This document shows positions 62,201 through 64,000 of a stretch of 64,000 nt of DNA, one piece after another. Location of the stretch: assembly GCA_030704615.1 (NCBI GenBank), contig CM060733.1:35216001-35280000 (forward strand). The letters run 5' to 3'. This DNA is from Takakia lepidozioides (taxonomy: Eukaryota > Plantae > Bryophyta). The position numbers were made by a program, and so were the translations under genes. The notes under the pieces are model-generated. The model saw only the letters and a program-made list of their open reading frames with translations, was not told the origin of the DNA and ran no database searches. Position 1 is the stretch's first letter, and every line of letters begins with the position of its first letter.

Positions 62201-64000
62201 TAAGAAAGCATTACCCAACTTTATTATTCGTGTATCAGAATCTACTTTGTCAGCAACACATTTTTGGATGATTGTAAGTAATTCAGATGTTATTGTTTTG
62301 TCTAGTTTTGTCATGTAAAATGTACAATAAGTGGCAGCAGCATATGGATATAAAATATTCTGTATGTCGGTGTTTGCACACCATAGGTATGCTACATGTT
62401 TAGGAAATGCGTTCGTTCGTATATTTTTGGGAGTACGTTCAAGAAATATTGAACACCTTTCCTGGGTCGGATGCGGACTCCCACAAGCCGGACAGGGACA
62501 ACTTCTCCATGCCGCGTGTTCCATTTCATCAGAGTTAATCGACTTCGTAAAGCTAAGATATACGTGTTTTCGTCTAATGTTAAAGATTGCAAAAATTCAG
62601 TGAAAGTAATATCTTCACCCATATTCATTTCATGTAGTTTTAAGAAGAGTTTATTAGCTTGAGCTTGTAAATGAGCACATGATGTTGAAACTATTTCATT
62701 TTCTTAAGAATTTGAGTGGAAGGCATAGGTGGTAAAGGGTAATGGAATCTACATATAGGTTGTTTGTTTTTTCTACATGTACGTATGTGTTTATGGGATT
62801 GCACATCTTGTAAATGAAGTGGTAAAAGTGATGCTTCATATGAAATAATTTTTTGCACAAAAGATTGAATTTTATCATTATTATCAATTGTAAATAATGG
62901 AGCATCTTTGATCCAAATGAGACCATGGTCATGTTCACTTCCTCTGCTTTGGAACTCAGTAACGAAAAAGAAATCTTCTACTTTACCAAGAAGGTTGGTT
63001 ATTTTTTTTATCATTTTTTGAAAAGCTGTTGTACGATGGTCGGAGTATCAAGCACATGTTATAGAATCAGTTCGGATTAGTTCTGCAATATGTGTCGGTT
63101 CTAAATCCTCAATTTTGTTAGGTATATTTAATTTTTCATAGTTTAGTTTGTGAAGCGCTTGAATTAAAGGTTCCCACAATCGTTAGCACTAGTAAGAGTT
63201 ATGAAAAAAGTTGGTGGACCTAATTGTCGAATCATTTGTAAATAAGTTTTTTCATAGGTCTTCTAAATAATCTGGAGATGTTCTCAAGCTTTTTAAATCT
63301 CGAAAACCAATATATGAATTTAGAATTCGATCTATATTTGGATTACCACGGACTTCAGCGGCTATTAGTAGTCCTCCATTCAATATACCTTTCCGAATTC
63401 GAATCCAGCTTGATGACATGACTTTGGAAATACATACTTTAGAAGCTTTGAAAAACAAATTGGGTATATTTGTACAAAAGTTATGATTTTTGTGTAGTAA
63501 TTCCCATTGTGCTATTTGTTGATATGAAAAGTTTTTGTAAATATCAGGTTTTCGAGAACAGCCAAAAAATAAAGTTGAGAAATTCAATTCTTCAGTGTAT
63601 TTGTCTTTGAAAAGTCTTATGGGATGAGATTTTTCTGTTGGTGCTATGGACAAAATTTCATTTTCATAATCATGGATTGTTTCAGAATGTAAAAAATTGT
63701 GAATCATAGTATCTGTTTCAACATTGTCTTGTTCTTCTTCAAATGTATCATTTGTGTCATCAACATCTACATCTACGTCATGATCGTCACTCTGATTTTG
63801 ATTATGTAAAGCAAAAAGGCTTGCCCATTGAGGACGAATTGTTATATTTAAATCTACATATAATGGGGTTTGAAATAAGCCAACATAACAACATTAGGTC
63901 GAATGTTACCTGCTAGATATGGAGATTTATACTGTAGTCGTCTTTTAAGGTAAAGACCTAAAGTAGCATCATCGTAAGGGAGGCGTGGCAGTATTGTTTG
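59300..64000 (-). mobile_element. Decayed autonomous Helitron of the endonuclease-bearing (Helentron/Helitron2) type; continues beyond the window
   Basis: AT-rich and frameshifted. Rep motifs PPTFFITL, EFQSRGSEHDHGLIW (HUH-like) and YCTFYMTK. PIF1 motifs GGAGTGKT, IDEISLV, GDFYQAPP, LVNGADG and YTALSR. C-terminal AP-endonuclease-like GDFNIDLL, SQLDHIW and TDYHKPI. Confidence 0.88.

Overview
Eukaryotic, intron-containing land-plant DNA. The PLS-type PPR repeats, CYP85-clan P450, BAHD enzyme and TE types suggest a seed-free plant (bryophyte, lycophyte or fern); the species cannot be fixed from sequence alone. The first 10.5 kb hold three adjacent, apparently intact specialised-metabolism genes: the 3' exon of a BAHD acyltransferase (+), a 6-exon CYP716-like P450 (-), and an intronless microbial-type HAD-phosphatase/class II terpene cyclase fusion (-) of the AstC/DrtB drimane-synthase type. 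Together they look like a candidate plant gene cluster for an oxidised, acylated drimane-type sesquiterpenoid, which may continue left of the window. The 11-30 kb stretch contains decayed PLS-PPR fragments, an intron-containing RNR small-subunit fragment, Helitron-like 3' ends, a chromovirus LTR remnant and nested CACTA termini. Next come a 10-exon host-type PIF1 helicase with a C-terminal zinc knuckle (30.3-36.9 kb) and hAT MITE, piggyBac, L1 and SWIM remnants (38-49 kb). The window ends with an intron-poor ASK20/21-type SKP1 gene, a diverged multi-ubiquitin-like-domain gene and a decayed endonuclease-bearing Helitron (Helentron type) running off the right edge. All exon structures were read by eye; no database searches were run.
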